Source of the DNA: Methanobacteriota archaeon | Lineage (GTDB): Archaea > Thermoplasmatota > E2 > DHVEG-1 | DNA: 64,000 nt | Reading direction: 5' to 3' | Assembly (NCBI GenBank): GCA_963769885.1 | Contig: CAVYNH010000004.1 | Location: forward strand, 288,001 to 352,000 | Shown here: piece by piece, positions 48,055-58,182 of the stretch | How positions within the stretch are numbered: position 1 is the stretch's first letter | Layout: each line of letters opens with the position of its first letter | Program-made: the position numbers and the translations under genes | Notes under the pieces: model-generated | Database searches by the model: none | What the model saw: only the letters and a program-made list of their open reading frames with translations | What the model was told of the DNA's origin: nothing

Positions 48055-49299
48055 TTAGGGAGCCGTGGTTCCGATGCTGGCTTTCTTTCTTTTCACATCG
48101 ACGTAGCGTGCGACCATGAGGAGGCTCATGGCGACGGCGCTGATAATCATGAATATTAGGACGCCGAGGCCGCCGTAGCGGTCGGAGATGCCGGCGATGG
48201 CGGGGATGCCGATGAACATGCCTGCGCTGATGACGATGCTGTAGACGGCCATGGTGACGCCTCGCATCGACTCCTTCGCCTCGTCCGCAAGCGAGGACAG
48301 CGCGGAGGGCCCGAAGGCGAGGGCCATGAACCCGAACAGTGCGAGGAGCGGCCAGTAGGCGATGATGTTGGTCTTGATGGCGCCCTCGGTCATGGGGCTG
48401 GCGGTGAGGTAGCCGATGCCCAGGACGGTCATGATGCCGACGAAGCCGATGGTGCCGACGACCATGATGGGCAGCCGGCCGTACTTATCGGACAACCTGC
48501 CGTAGAAGTACTGGGTGAGGATGAGGAAGGCACCGCCGCCGGCGATGAGCCCAGCGAGGTATATAGGGGGGATGGTGAGGACGCCTTGGGAGGTGGAGAC
48601 GGTGAGGAAGGTGAGGGCGGCGCCGATGATCATGAAGACGATGAACCAGGGGAGGGTGACGAGGAGGATGGACCGCTGGCGCAGGACCGCAATGATGTTG
48701 CGGAACTCGATCTTCTTGGCGAGGATGTCGTGTTTCTTCGGCTCGGTGATGTTGACGGCGGAGTAGATGACGCCGACCATGGCCATGATGCCGGCGACAG
48801 CGAAGGTCATACCAAGGCTGCCTTTGAAGAATTCGAGGAAGAGGGCGCCGACCGCGAAGCCGAAGATCCAGCCGAGGAGGTTGAAGGCGTCGAAGGCGCC
48901 CATCTCGCGGCCGCGGCGGTCCTCGGGGGCGTAGTCGGTGAGCAACGCAAGCGATGAGACGAGGATGGAGCCGGCGGCGACGCCGTGGCCGGCGTTGAGG
49001 AGGAAGACGGCGTAGAGGTTGGTGGTGAGGGAGAGGGCGAAGAGGAGGAGGCCGGCGCTGAGGAGGCCGAGGAGGAGGATGATCTTGCGGCCGTAGCGGT
49101 CGACGATGGTGCCGATGAACAGGACGGTGCCCATCTCGAAGAGGGGTGAGGCGGCGGCGACGATGCCGTAGCCCAGGTACGTGGTGGTGATGCCCAGGTA
49201 TATGGGCAGGGTTGCGAGCATGATTCCGAAGCTGGCGCGGATGAAGAAGGTGGAGATGTAGAGGGAGGAGAGGAGTCTGAGGGGCGGGTGTTGGGGCAT
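48055..49299 (-). CDS. MFS transporter
   Basis: About 12 TM helices; motif A (DRYGRK and GRLSDKYGR). Confidence 0.9.
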   Translation of the reverse strand: MPQHPPLRLLSSLYISTFFIRASFGIMLATLPIYLGITTTYLGYGIVAAASPLFEMGTVLFIGTIVDRYGRKIILLLGLLSAGLLLFALSLTTNLYAVFLLNAGHGVAAGSILVSSLALLTDYAPEDRRGREMGAFDAFNLLGWIFGFAVGALFLEFFKGSLGMTFAVAGIMAMVGVIYSAVNITEPKKHDILAKKIEFRNIIAVLRQRSILLVTLPWFIVFMIIGAALTFLTVSTSQGVLTIPPIYLAGLIAGGGAFLILTQYFYGRLSDKYGRLPIMVVGTIGFVGIMTVLGIGYLTASPMTEGAIKTNIIAYWPLLALFGFMALAFGPSALSSLADEAKESMRGVTMAVYSIVISAGMFIGIPAIAGISDRYGGLGVLIFMIISAVAMSLLMVARYVDVKRKKASIGTTAP

Positions 49300-49566
49300 C
49301 CTAGTAGTGTGTATTTGGGTGGCGTTTAAAAAGGGATTCTGTGTGGGGGGGGGGGGTGTTTCTCCTGTTTCTTTCGTTTGCTGTGGTTTTTCCTTCACGG
49401 GATGCGAAGCGTTGGGTGTTTTAAATATGGGTTGTTGTTTTTGGGTGGTTTTGTGTCTTTTTGTTGCATTGGTTAGGGGTGTGGTTTTTAAGCAAAGGCT
49501 TTTAAATGTTTATTCGCAATATGCCGGCTCAGTCCTTGTGGTTGGAACGAAGAGCACGATTCCCCG

Positions 49567-51552
49567 ATGCAGAATGATAACGGTGCCAAAGGTGGTTTGC
49601 TTTATCGGATTCGCTGTAAGCTGATTGGCCGGCCGCGGAACATCAGGGATCCTCTTTTGTTTCAGACGATTTCTCTGATTGCGCTGTTGTCGTGGATCGG
49701 GCTCGGGGCGGATGGGTTGTCCTCGTCGTCGTACGGGCCGGAGGCGGCGTTCAATGAGATCCTCCACCATCCATATATCGCCGTTTTCCTGGCGATCGCG
49801 ACCGCGGCGACGGTATTCATCATCTCGTACACCTATTCGAAGATCATCGAGGAGTTCCCGCATGGCGGCGGCGGCTACATCGTCGCGACGCACACGCTTG
49901 GGCGGGTGCCCGGGGTGGTCTCCGGGTCCGCGTTACTCGTGGACTACGTGCTGACAATCGCGGTGTCCATCTCAGCATGCGGGGACGCAATCTTCAGCTT
50001 CATCCCCCCGGAATATCAGGTATATAAGCTTTCGGTGAAACTTGGTTTAATCCTGTTTCTCGTCGTCTTGAATCTGCGGGGAGTGAAGGAGTCGGTGAAG
50101 GTGCTGGCGCCAATCTTCCTGTTGTTTCTCGTGATGCATGTGTTGCTGCTTGGCTGGGGGCTGGCGAGTAACGTGCCGCATATCGGGTCGCATGCAGCGA
50201 GTGTGACCACGAGCCTACGGTCAGATGTCGCCGCGATCGGGCTTGTCGGTGTGTTCGCGATTTTCCTACGAGCCTTTTCCTTAGGTGCGGGGACGTACAC
50301 CGGAATCGAGGCGGTGTCGAACGGTCTGCAGATCATGCGTCAACCGCGGGTGCAGACTGGGAAGCGGACGATGATGTACATGGCGATTTCGCTGTCGGCG
50401 GTCGCCGGCGGCATTCTGCTATGTTACTTCTTGACCGATATCCAACCAGTGAAGAATCAGACGTTGAACGCGGTGCTGGCGAACACGTTGTTCAGCGGCT
50501 GGCCGGCCGGGTACTGGATTGCGGCTCTAATCATCTTCTCGGAGGCGCTGCTGTTGATTGTAGCGTCGCAAACCGGGTTTATCGACGGCCCACGGGTCAT
50601 GGCGAACATGGCCGTAGACTCCTGGTTCCCGAAGAAGTTCGCGGCGCTGTCAGAGCGACTGACGATCCAGAACGGCGTGCTGGTCATGGGTATCTCCGCG
50701 CTACTAGTAGTTGGGTTAAGTCTCGGAAAAGTATCAATCCTGGTGATTATGTACGCGATCAATGTGTTCGTCACGTTCTCGCTGTCGCAGCTGGGAATGG
50801 CGCGGTTCACGCTCAAGAATCGGATGAAGAACCCGCATTGGCGGCGGCGGTTCACAATCTTCGCTGTGGGGTTTGCCGTGTGCTTCACGATTTTGATGGT
50901 GACGGTCCTTGAGAAGTTCAGGGAGGGCGGCTATGTGACTTTGGTGGTCACAGCAGTCATCATCCTGATCTGTTATACGATTTACCGGCATTACCAGAAA
51001 GTGAGAACCGCGATGAAGAAGTTCGACGAGGTCCTGATGCTTTCAAATATTCATCTTGCGGACAAGCCGAACACCAAGGCGATTGACCCGACGAAGCGGA
51101 CTGCGGTGCTGCTCGTCCGGCGGTACGACGGCTTCAGCGTCAACACCTTCCTACAGCTGATCCGCAACTTCCCAGGGCTGTACAGCAACATCATCTTCAC
51201 CGCGGTCGCGGAGGTCGACTCCGGGTCGTTCAAGGGCCGCGAGGAGCTGGAGTCGCTGGAGAAGTCGGTGCGCGGTGACATGATGAAGTATGTGAAGCTG
51301 GCGCGGGCGCTGGGGTTCGCCGCGGACTACCGCATGGACATCGGTACGGATGTGGTCGCGACCGCGTCCTCGCTGTGCGAGTCGATCGCGCATGAGTTCC
51401 CGATCGTCACGTTCTTCACTGGAAAACTGTGCTTTAGACATGAGACGATCTTCCATAAGCTGTTGCATAACGAGACGGCGTTGGCGGTGCAGCGGCGGCT
51501 GCAGTGGGATGGGCTACCGGTCGTTATCATCCCCGTCCCCGTCGAAATCTAA
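49567..51552 (+). CDS. APC-superfamily permease, KimA/YdaO-like (possible K+ uptake)
   Basis: GADGLSSSSYGPE, GGGGY, DYVLT, NLRGVKES, TGIEAVSNG; soluble C-terminal domain. Confidence 0.8.
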   Translation: MQNDNGAKGGLLYRIRCKLIGRPRNIRDPLLFQTISLIALLSWIGLGADGLSSSSYGPEAAFNEILHHPYIAVFLAIATAATVFIISYTYSKIIEEFPHGGGGYIVATHTLGRVPGVVSGSALLVDYVLTIAVSISACGDAIFSFIPPEYQVYKLSVKLGLILFLVVLNLRGVKESVKVLAPIFLLFLVMHVLLLGWGLASNVPHIGSHAASVTTSLRSDVAAIGLVGVFAIFLRAFSLGAGTYTGIEAVSNGLQIMRQPRVQTGKRTMMYMAISLSAVAGGILLCYFLTDIQPVKNQTLNAVLANTLFSGWPAGYWIAALIIFSEALLLIVASQTGFIDGPRVMANMAVDSWFPKKFAALSERLTIQNGVLVMGISALLVVGLSLGKVSILVIMYAINVFVTFSLSQLGMARFTLKNRMKNPHWRRRFTIFAVGFAVCFTILMVTVLEKFREGGYVTLVVTAVIILICYTIYRHYQKVRTAMKKFDEVLMLSNIHLADKPNTKAIDPTKRTAVLLVRRYDGFSVNTFLQLIRNFPGLYSNIIFTAVAEVDSGSFKGREELESLEKSVRGDMMKYVKLARALGFAADYRMDIGTDVVATASSLCESIAHEFPIVTFFTGKLCFRHETIFHKLLHNETALAVQRRLQWDGLPVVIIPVPVEI

Positions 51553-51560
51553 TCGAGTTT

Positions 51561-52184
51561 TTAGGGAATCCTGGCGAAGTCCTGCAGGGTCCGGGCGCGC
51601 AGGGTCTTGTTCGTCTTCTTCTGGTTGCCCAGCGTATCAAAGGGTTTGTCGCCGTAGTCGTGGCCGGGGTAGACGATGAGGTAGTCCGGGAGTGGGAGTA
51701 TTTTATGCTGGAGGGTATCGTACATCTGCTCCAGGCTGCCGTCGCCGAGGTCGGTTCGGCCGCAGTCGCCGATGAAGAGCGTGTCGCCCGTGATGAGCGC
51801 CTGGTCGTCGACGAGGAGGCAGATGCCGCCCGGGGTATGCCCGGGGGTGCTGATGATGGTGATCGAGATGCTGCCCACAGGGAGGGTGCTGCCGTCGGAG
51901 ACGACGAGGTCGGGGTGGACTCTGAGGTAGCGGCCGTCGGTTTGGCTGGCGACAACCTTGGCCGAGGGGTGCGCCTTCTTGGCTGTGGGGAGGGCAGCGG
52001 TGTGGTCCCCGTGGTAGTGAGTGATAATAATATAGAGAAGGGCGAGGCGTTTGTCCGCTATTTGTTTGAGGGCGGCTGTTGCGTCGGTGCCGGGGTCGAC
52101 GAGGGCCGCCTGCATGTCGCTTGTGATGAGGTAGCTGAAGTTATCGACGCCGACGCGGATCTGTTCGATGGTCACTCTCGTCAC
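51561..52184 (-). CDS. Metallo-beta-lactamase fold hydrolase (glyoxalase II-like)
   Basis: THYHGDH, TPGHT, GDTLF, PGHDY motifs. Confidence 0.9.
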   Translation of the reverse strand: MTRVTIEQIRVGVDNFSYLITSDMQAALVDPGTDATAALKQIADKRLALLYIIITHYHGDHTAALPTAKKAHPSAKVVASQTDGRYLRVHPDLVVSDGSTLPVGSISITIISTPGHTPGGICLLVDDQALITGDTLFIGDCGRTDLGDGSLEQMYDTLQHKILPLPDYLIVYPGHDYGDKPFDTLGNQKKTNKTLRARTLQDFARIP

Positions 52185-52215
52185 CCGACGATGATGGGAG
52201 AATGGCCTGGGTTCT

Positions 52216-53163
52216 TCAAGCTTTGTATGCGCTCTGGGGCATCTCCGAGAGCCGAAGGACCCCCTGGAGGTGGTGGTGTCTGCGCAGGATCTTGACCTGG
52301 ATGGTCTCGCCGCTCTTGTGTTTCCAGAGGGTGCTGCGGAGGTCCTCGATGCCGTTGACGTCGTGGTCCTCGGCCTGCAGGATGATGTCGCCGGGCTTCA
52401 GGCCTGCTTTGTCGGCGGGGCTGTCCTGGGTGATCTGGACGATCAGCGCACCTTTGTCGGAGCAGAGACGGTAGTAGGAGGCGAGCGTCGGGGTCATGTC
52501 GATGCCGATGATGCCGAGCCATGGTCGGACGACGCGGCCGTTCTGGATGAGTTCGTTGGCGATGTCGCGGACGGTGTTGGAGGGGATGGCGAAGCCGATG
52601 CCGTTGGCGTAGGGGATGATGGCATTGTTGACGCCGATGATGCGACCGTCGCTGTCGATGAGGGGGCCGCCGCTGTTGCCGGGGTTGATGGCGGCGTCCG
52701 TCTGAATCATGTTCTCCAGGATGCCCTGCTGGGTGGGGATGTTGCGGCGCAGCGCGGAGACGACGCCGACGGTGACCGAGGGTCCGCCGACGAGGCCGAG
52801 GGAGTGGCCGATGGCGATGGCGGTCTGGCCGAGGCGCAGGTTGTCGGAGTCGCCGAACTCGCCGCTGTAGAAGTTCTCGCCGTCAATCTTCAGGACCGCG
52901 ATGTCGGTGCTGGGGTCCGTCGCCACAACGCGGGCGTCGAAGCGGTCGCCGTCGAGGAGGTAGACTTCGGCGGTGCGGGTGTCGGTGACGACGTGGCTGT
53001 TCGTAACCAGATAGCCGTCAGGGTTGAGGATGATGCCGGAGCCGATGCCGGTGGCCTCGAAGGTGGTGAAGAGGTCGTATTTGAGGAGTAGTTTGGTGCT
53101 GATGCTGACGATGCTTGGGCTGACTTTCTCGACGGCGCGGATGATGCGCTCTTCATCGGACAT
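52216..53163 (-). CDS. HtrA/DegP-type serine protease with one PDZ domain
   Basis: TNSHV, DIAVL, TDAAINPGNSGGPL triad motifs; PDZ domain. Confidence 0.92.
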   Translation of the reverse strand: MSDEERIIRAVEKVSPSIVSISTKLLLKYDLFTTFEATGIGSGIILNPDGYLVTNSHVVTDTRTAEVYLLDGDRFDARVVATDPSTDIAVLKIDGENFYSGEFGDSDNLRLGQTAIAIGHSLGLVGGPSVTVGVVSALRRNIPTQQGILENMIQTDAAINPGNSGGPLIDSDGRIIGVNNAIIPYANGIGFAIPSNTVRDIANELIQNGRVVRPWLGIIGIDMTPTLASYYRLCSDKGALIVQITQDSPADKAGLKPGDIILQAEDHDVNGIEDLRSTLWKHKSGETIQVKILRRHHHLQGVLRLSEMPQSAYKA

Positions 53164-53209
53164 GGTTCGTGGTCTCCCCCTTAGGGTAGGTATGCTCACT
53201 AATCTTATG

Positions 53210-53223
53210 TTAACAATTGTTAA
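53210..53223. promoter_or_regulatory. Perfect 14-bp palindrome upstream of the HtrA gene
   Basis: TTAACAATTGTTAA. Confidence 0.5.
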
Positions 53224-53284
53224 TTAAGGTTGCGGTTCCAGCAAGACAAAAGACACCTTACGCCAGATCCCTCCACCCGAGAGC

Positions 53285-54499
53285 CTAGAAACGGCCCAGC
53301 CGGTCCCGCACGTACCCCGTGAGCGTATGCCGCGCCACGCTCCACCCGACATCCCGGACCCGCACCGACCCCATCAACAACGCAATCCCATGCGCCTTCA
53401 GCACGGGATCCCGCTCGACGATCCGCCACAGCCGCTCCGTCGGCACCCGCCAAAACCGTGACGCCCGATAATACCGCCGGTTATCGTCCCCAAAATCCTC
53501 CATCCACCACCGCTGATACACCGAGAGCGCCGTGGGGGAGGAATCCCTCGTCTTCATCGCCCGGACAATCGCCTTGGCCGCATGCTCCCCCGACGACATC
53601 GCCTCATAGATGCCCTCGCCGGTGAGCGGATTCGCCAGCCCCCCCGCATCCCCACACAACAAAAAGCAACTCCCGTACGTCCGCCGCTGCGGCAGCGTCG
53701 GAAACACCCCGCCCTTCGGCGAAAGAACAGAAACCATCTCTGGGACGAGCCCACGGCTCTTGAGAAGATCGATGAACTGGGAGTACAGCTGTCTGAGGTT
53801 CTTCTTCGGATGCCCACCGAGCGCATGGTAGAACTCGCTGACGCCGACGTTCACATGCTCCGCCTTCGGGAAGACCCAGCCGTAGCCCGCTATCCCCAAG
53901 ACGCCGAAACACACGTGGACGCAGCGCTCCTCCCCGTACACCTGGTCCATCACCGACCGAGGCACCGGGTACTCCTCCATGACGCAGGCGCCGATATGCC
54001 GCCGGCTCAGAGGATAGCCCAGGTCCCGAAGGATTCGGCTGCCCATCCCCGTCGCCACGATGACATAGGGCGCAGGGAGAAACGAGCCGTCCGACAGCGT
54101 CACCTGCGCCCGATGCCCAGAAACGGTCAGTCGCGTCACCGCAACCCCGGTCCTCAGCTCCGCCCCGCTGTCCGCCGCCAGCCCGACGAGCGCAACGTCG
54201 AAGGGCACACGCCGGATCATCGCGAGCATCGGCGCCGAATGCTCCAGGTTGGTCTGGCTTCGCAGCGACGAGGAATACACGCACATCCGCGAGGAGTACG
54301 ACTCCACCAGCCCCTTCTTCCCCACGTACGGAAATCGGCGTAGGACCCGGGCAGGCAGACCGCCGCCACAGGGCTTGTCCCGAGGGAACGAATGCTTATC
54401 AACGAGCAACACGGAGACGCCGTTCTCCGCGAGCACCTTCGCCGCCGTGGACCCCGCAGGGCCCGCCCCGACGACGATCACCTCAGGTTTGGCAACCAC
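53285..54499 (-). CDS. Geranylgeranyl reductase family FAD oxidoreductase
   Basis: GAGPAGS, PRDKPCGGG, GYGWVFPK, GDAGG...PLTGEGI motifs. Confidence 0.9.
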   Translation of the reverse strand: MVAKPEVIVVGAGPAGSTAAKVLAENGVSVLLVDKHSFPRDKPCGGGLPARVLRRFPYVGKKGLVESYSSRMCVYSSSLRSQTNLEHSAPMLAMIRRVPFDVALVGLAADSGAELRTGVAVTRLTVSGHRAQVTLSDGSFLPAPYVIVATGMGSRILRDLGYPLSRRHIGACVMEEYPVPRSVMDQVYGEERCVHVCFGVLGIAGYGWVFPKAEHVNVGVSEFYHALGGHPKKNLRQLYSQFIDLLKSRGLVPEMVSVLSPKGGVFPTLPQRRTYGSCFLLCGDAGGLANPLTGEGIYEAMSSGEHAAKAIVRAMKTRDSSPTALSVYQRWWMEDFGDDNRRYYRASRFWRVPTERLWRIVERDPVLKAHGIALLMGSVRVRDVGWSVARHTLTGYVRDRLGRF

Positions 54500-54563
54500 G
54501 CTTCCCTGCTCCAAGGTAACGAACAGCAAGGAGTTATTTAAAACATTTTGTCCTGCATGCCTA

Positions 54564-54974
54564 GAAGCAGGCACCAGCGGGACCCTCACCCTCACCTGCA
54601 CCAGCGTCGACGTCAAACTCTCCGGCTACGAAGACGCCAGAACCATGATCGGCACCACCGTCACCAGCCAAGTCGACACCACCATGACCGACGCCACCCA
54701 CCTCACCCTCTACGCCCACACCTCCAGCGGCACCTACACTTTCTACCTGGCACTCAACGGCGACGCCATGACCGGCGGCGGTGTCTACAGCGGCGCCGCC
54801 GGAGAACCCAACACCTGGACCTTCCAATTGACCCGCGGCGGCCTCTTCGGCTCCTTCAGCCTTGACAGCCTTACTCCCCTCATGGCCCCCGCCGCCGCCA
54901 TCGGCGCCATCGGCGGACTTGCCGGCCTCGCCACCTCAATATCCTCCCTCCTCTCCGCGATCAGAGGATATTAG
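54564..54974 (+). pseudogene. Gene fragment (Thr/Gly-rich domain plus hydrophobic C-terminus), 5' end missing
   Basis: Coding-like NNC codon bias, but no credible start or SD. Confidence 0.45.
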
Positions 54975-55037
54975 AGAGAACAACAAGCCCAGCAAAGCCA
55001 ACAGTTTTCTTCTTTCTTAAAACACGATTTGAGGTGA

Positions 55038-55054
55038 CGCCGGGAGGGAGATTT
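55038..55054 (-). repeat. att-like tRNA(Ser) 3' fragment
   Basis: Minus strand AAATCTCCCTCCCGGCG matches T-loop end + T-stem CTCCC + acceptor strand TCCCGGC + discriminator G; no 5' half nearby. Confidence 0.7.
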
Positions 55055-55243
55055 CGATTTAGATTTACTGATAAACAATCAGTTTCTTACCATAATATCT
55101 AAGAAATTTCATCACAAATTAATTATCTTAGAGATTCAAAAGACTCGAGCGCAATAAAAAAAATGCGTAAAATATTTCATAATTTGTAAACCCAAAGGAT
55201 TTATTAATGCCATTTTAGGTTATTGAAAACAGATAGAGGAATT

Positions 55244-55657
55244 ATGAGATTAGCCGTAGTAGACACAGAACGATGTATTGATTGCCAGAGTTGTATGTTT
55301 GCTTGTGCCCGGCGACAGAATGAAGCAGGATTATCCAGCTCCTGCATAGGAGTGAAATCGATCGGTGGCATGGAACGAGGGTTTATAGTGTTGGTTTGTA
55401 GAGCATGTGATGATCCTCCTTGTTCAAAAGTATGCCCAACTGATGCTCTCAAACCCAAGAAAGGAGGGGGCGTACTTCTCGATGCTGCAAAATGTATAGG
55501 GTGTGGTCACTGCCGTGATTCTTGCATTATCGGGGCAATTTTCTGGAATGATGAAATCAATAAACCAATGATTTGCATTCACTGTGGATATTGCACTCAA
55601 TTCTGTCCTCATGGGGTATTAAAATTAGAAAAGAAGGAGAGAATAATACATGCTTGA
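55244..55657 (+). CDS. 4x[4Fe-4S] DmsB-like electron-transfer subunit
   Basis: CIDCQSCMFAC, CRACDDPPCSKVCP, CIGCGHCRDSC, CIHCGYCTQFCP. Confidence 0.9.
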   Translation: MRLAVVDTERCIDCQSCMFACARRQNEAGLSSSCIGVKSIGGMERGFIVLVCRACDDPPCSKVCPTDALKPKKGGGVLLDAAKCIGCGHCRDSCIIGAIFWNDEINKPMICIHCGYCTQFCPHGVLKLEKKERIIHA

Positions 55658-57410
55658 GAATGATACGCTCTCCCGTGTACTGTATATCGATCTTTCAAAG
55701 AACGAGTTTTGGATTGAAAAAAAACCAGAGCTTTTCGAGAAGCATCTGGGCGGAACAGGTGTTGCAATCCAGCTGCTTCATGAAAACTGTCCCAAAGGAT
55801 GCAATGCGTTTGCACCAGAGAATCCAATTATATTCGCCGTAGGACCCTTAACCGGATTATTTCCTCTTGCTTCAAAAACCGTAGCCATGTTTAAATCACC
55901 TCATACTGGCAATCTGGGTGAGAGTCATTGTGGTGGACGAAGCGCTATTGCCATCCGTATGGCGGGATATGGAGCTATCGTGATCAAAGGATCAAGTGCT
56001 ACCCCATTATATCTATCCATCAAGGACAAAAAAGTGTTTTTCCGTGATGCCTCTACTTTATGGGGGATGGAAAATTGTTTCACCGTAGGACGTATCATTA
56101 GGGAAAATGAGCCTGGCTCGGGTTTAAGAACAATTATGCGTATTGGAGGAGCAGGAGAGAAACTTGTTTCATACGCATGTGTTACAACAGAAACATACCG
56201 TCATTTCGGTAGACTTGGTTTAGGAGCTGTTTTTGGAAGTAAGAAACTCAAAGCGGTAGTAATCGCTGGTAAACGCTCGCTCCCTGTACGTGACATGGAT
56301 CAATATCGGAAGCTGTATGATGATATTTATCAATCAGCTGTCACCTCGTCGGTAATGAAGAAATATCATGATCTTGGAACAGCTGAGAATGTTCTACCTT
56401 TAAATGAGCTCGGTGGGTTTCCTACAAGAAATCTTGAGACAGCAAAATTCGAAGGTGCTTCTAAACTATCAGGTGAGGTATTTGCTGAGCAGTATTTGGG
56501 GAGACGGCTTGCGTGTTCTCATTGTCCTGTAGGATGCATTCATATTGCCGCACTTAGGGAGTCATATGGAGATGAACCGTATTTCTATAAGACGTCTATG
56601 ATCTCGTATGATTATGAGCCTATCTATGCTCTCGGTTCCATGTTGGGAATATCCGATGCTGAAGGTTTCTTAAAATTGATGGAGCAGGTAGAAATACGAG
56701 GTTTAGATGCAATGAGTACTGGTGTTGTTTTAGCTTGGGCTACCGAGGCTCAAAAACGAGGTATTATATCTGAGAAGGAAACAATGGGTATCAATCTTCG
56801 ATGGGGTAATTATAATGCTTACATGGAGGCGGTACGATGCATTATTGAGCAACCAAATGAGTTTTACAAAGCGCTTGCACATGGAGTTAAACAGGCTGCT
56901 TCGCAGTATGGTGGGGCTGATTTTGCTTTAAGTCTTGGCGGTAATGAAATGCCAGGTTATCACACTGGACCTGGAGCGCATCTGGGGGTCTTGATTGGTT
57001 CAAGACATAGTCACTTAGATAACGCAGGTTATAGTATTGATCAAAAAATTCTGTTAACAAAACGGATTAGCTCTGAGGAACTTGCAAAAGTGTTATTAGA
57101 CGAGGAACGTTGGCGTCAGATTTTGTCAAGCCTTGTAATTTGTTTCTTCGCAAGAGGCATATTTACACCGGATATTGTCTCAAAAGCGTTGCAGGTGGTA
57201 GGTTTTGATTTTCAACCCGAAGATCTTCATAAAATCGGAGAAGAGATTCATAGAGAAAAATATAAGTTTAAGATCCGAGAAGGTTTCTCATTGGACACAC
57301 TTCATGCGCCTAAACGAATTTTTGAAACCCCTTCGCCAGTCAGTAATTTCGATGAGAAGTTCATCCTCGATGCTATAGCCTATGTCAAGAGAGAACTTTT
57401 ATTAGAATAG
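55650..57410 (+). CDS. Aldehyde:ferredoxin oxidoreductase (AOR/WOR) family large subunit, possibly GOR-type
   Basis: SPHTGNLGESHCGG, GLGAVFGSKKLKA, CSHCPVGC, DYE, GLDAMS motifs. Confidence 0.88.
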   Translation: MLENDTLSRVLYIDLSKNEFWIEKKPELFEKHLGGTGVAIQLLHENCPKGCNAFAPENPIIFAVGPLTGLFPLASKTVAMFKSPHTGNLGESHCGGRSAIAIRMAGYGAIVIKGSSATPLYLSIKDKKVFFRDASTLWGMENCFTVGRIIRENEPGSGLRTIMRIGGAGEKLVSYACVTTETYRHFGRLGLGAVFGSKKLKAVVIAGKRSLPVRDMDQYRKLYDDIYQSAVTSSVMKKYHDLGTAENVLPLNELGGFPTRNLETAKFEGASKLSGEVFAEQYLGRRLACSHCPVGCIHIAALRESYGDEPYFYKTSMISYDYEPIYALGSMLGISDAEGFLKLMEQVEIRGLDAMSTGVVLAWATEAQKRGIISEKETMGINLRWGNYNAYMEAVRCIIEQPNEFYKALAHGVKQAASQYGGADFALSLGGNEMPGYHTGPGAHLGVLIGSRHSHLDNAGYSIDQKILLTKRISSEELAKVLLDEERWRQILSSLVICFFARGIFTPDIVSKALQVVGFDFQPEDLHKIGEEIHREKYKFKIREGFSLDTLHAPKRIFETPSPVSNFDEKFILDAIAYVKRELLLE

Positions 57411-57628
57411 ATAAGAAGTAACACTGGGCTTACAACAAAAAAATAATGCTTTTTCCTCCGTATTTATATTTTGATTAAAAAAATCTATAAAATAGTTCAG
57501 AGGAACGAGATGTGAACGTCAATTTACTGGTTTGCTCCTTAATTCATTGACACCCATCGTATAATGAATGGTTATGTCATCGGCCTGAAAAACTGTATTA
57601 CATCGATTACAGACATATTTCATGTATT

Positions 57629-57787
57629 TCAACTAATTATTCCGCTTAATTTATTATTTTTTATGTAAAAACTAGTCATGTAAACTATTTGTCTGCTATA
57701 TGGCCGTTGTTCTTTCTTCGCGAGTTTTTTAATGAGCACATTTTCTTCCTTTGTTAAAGATATATTCATTCGCATTCTTTTTTCCAT
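57629..57787 (-). CDS. Ribbon-helix-helix-like DNA-binding protein
   Basis: RMNISL beta-strand, then helix-turn-helix (LAKKEQRPYSRQI). Confidence 0.6.
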   Translation of the reverse strand: MEKRMRMNISLTKEENVLIKKLAKKEQRPYSRQIVYMTSFYIKNNKLSGIIS

Positions 57788-58182
57788 GTTTACACAAACA
57801 TGTAATAACCTTACATACTTATATGCCTTTCTACACAAAGGTATATACTACCTACGACATACTACTATCATCCGATAAACTTCGGAAAGGACCGCTGAAG
57901 TCAATGAAGATCAACGAACAAGTAAAACAACCATTGGAAACGCAAACGACTTCAAACTTTGCAATCAGGTCCTTATTTCCAGAGCCGGATACTTAACGCT
58001 TACTCTGAAAATGAAAACTAAGAAAATGAGATAAACGAAATATCAAGGGCGATCATATCGTCCAAGTCTCTTTTTTTAGTAGGAAAAATAAGGAAAAAAT
58101 TTGTATATGCTTTGAGCGGAAATTTAGTAAGAGATAATGACCCCAAAGGTCAAGGAATCGAAGGTTATAAGGAGGGTATATA

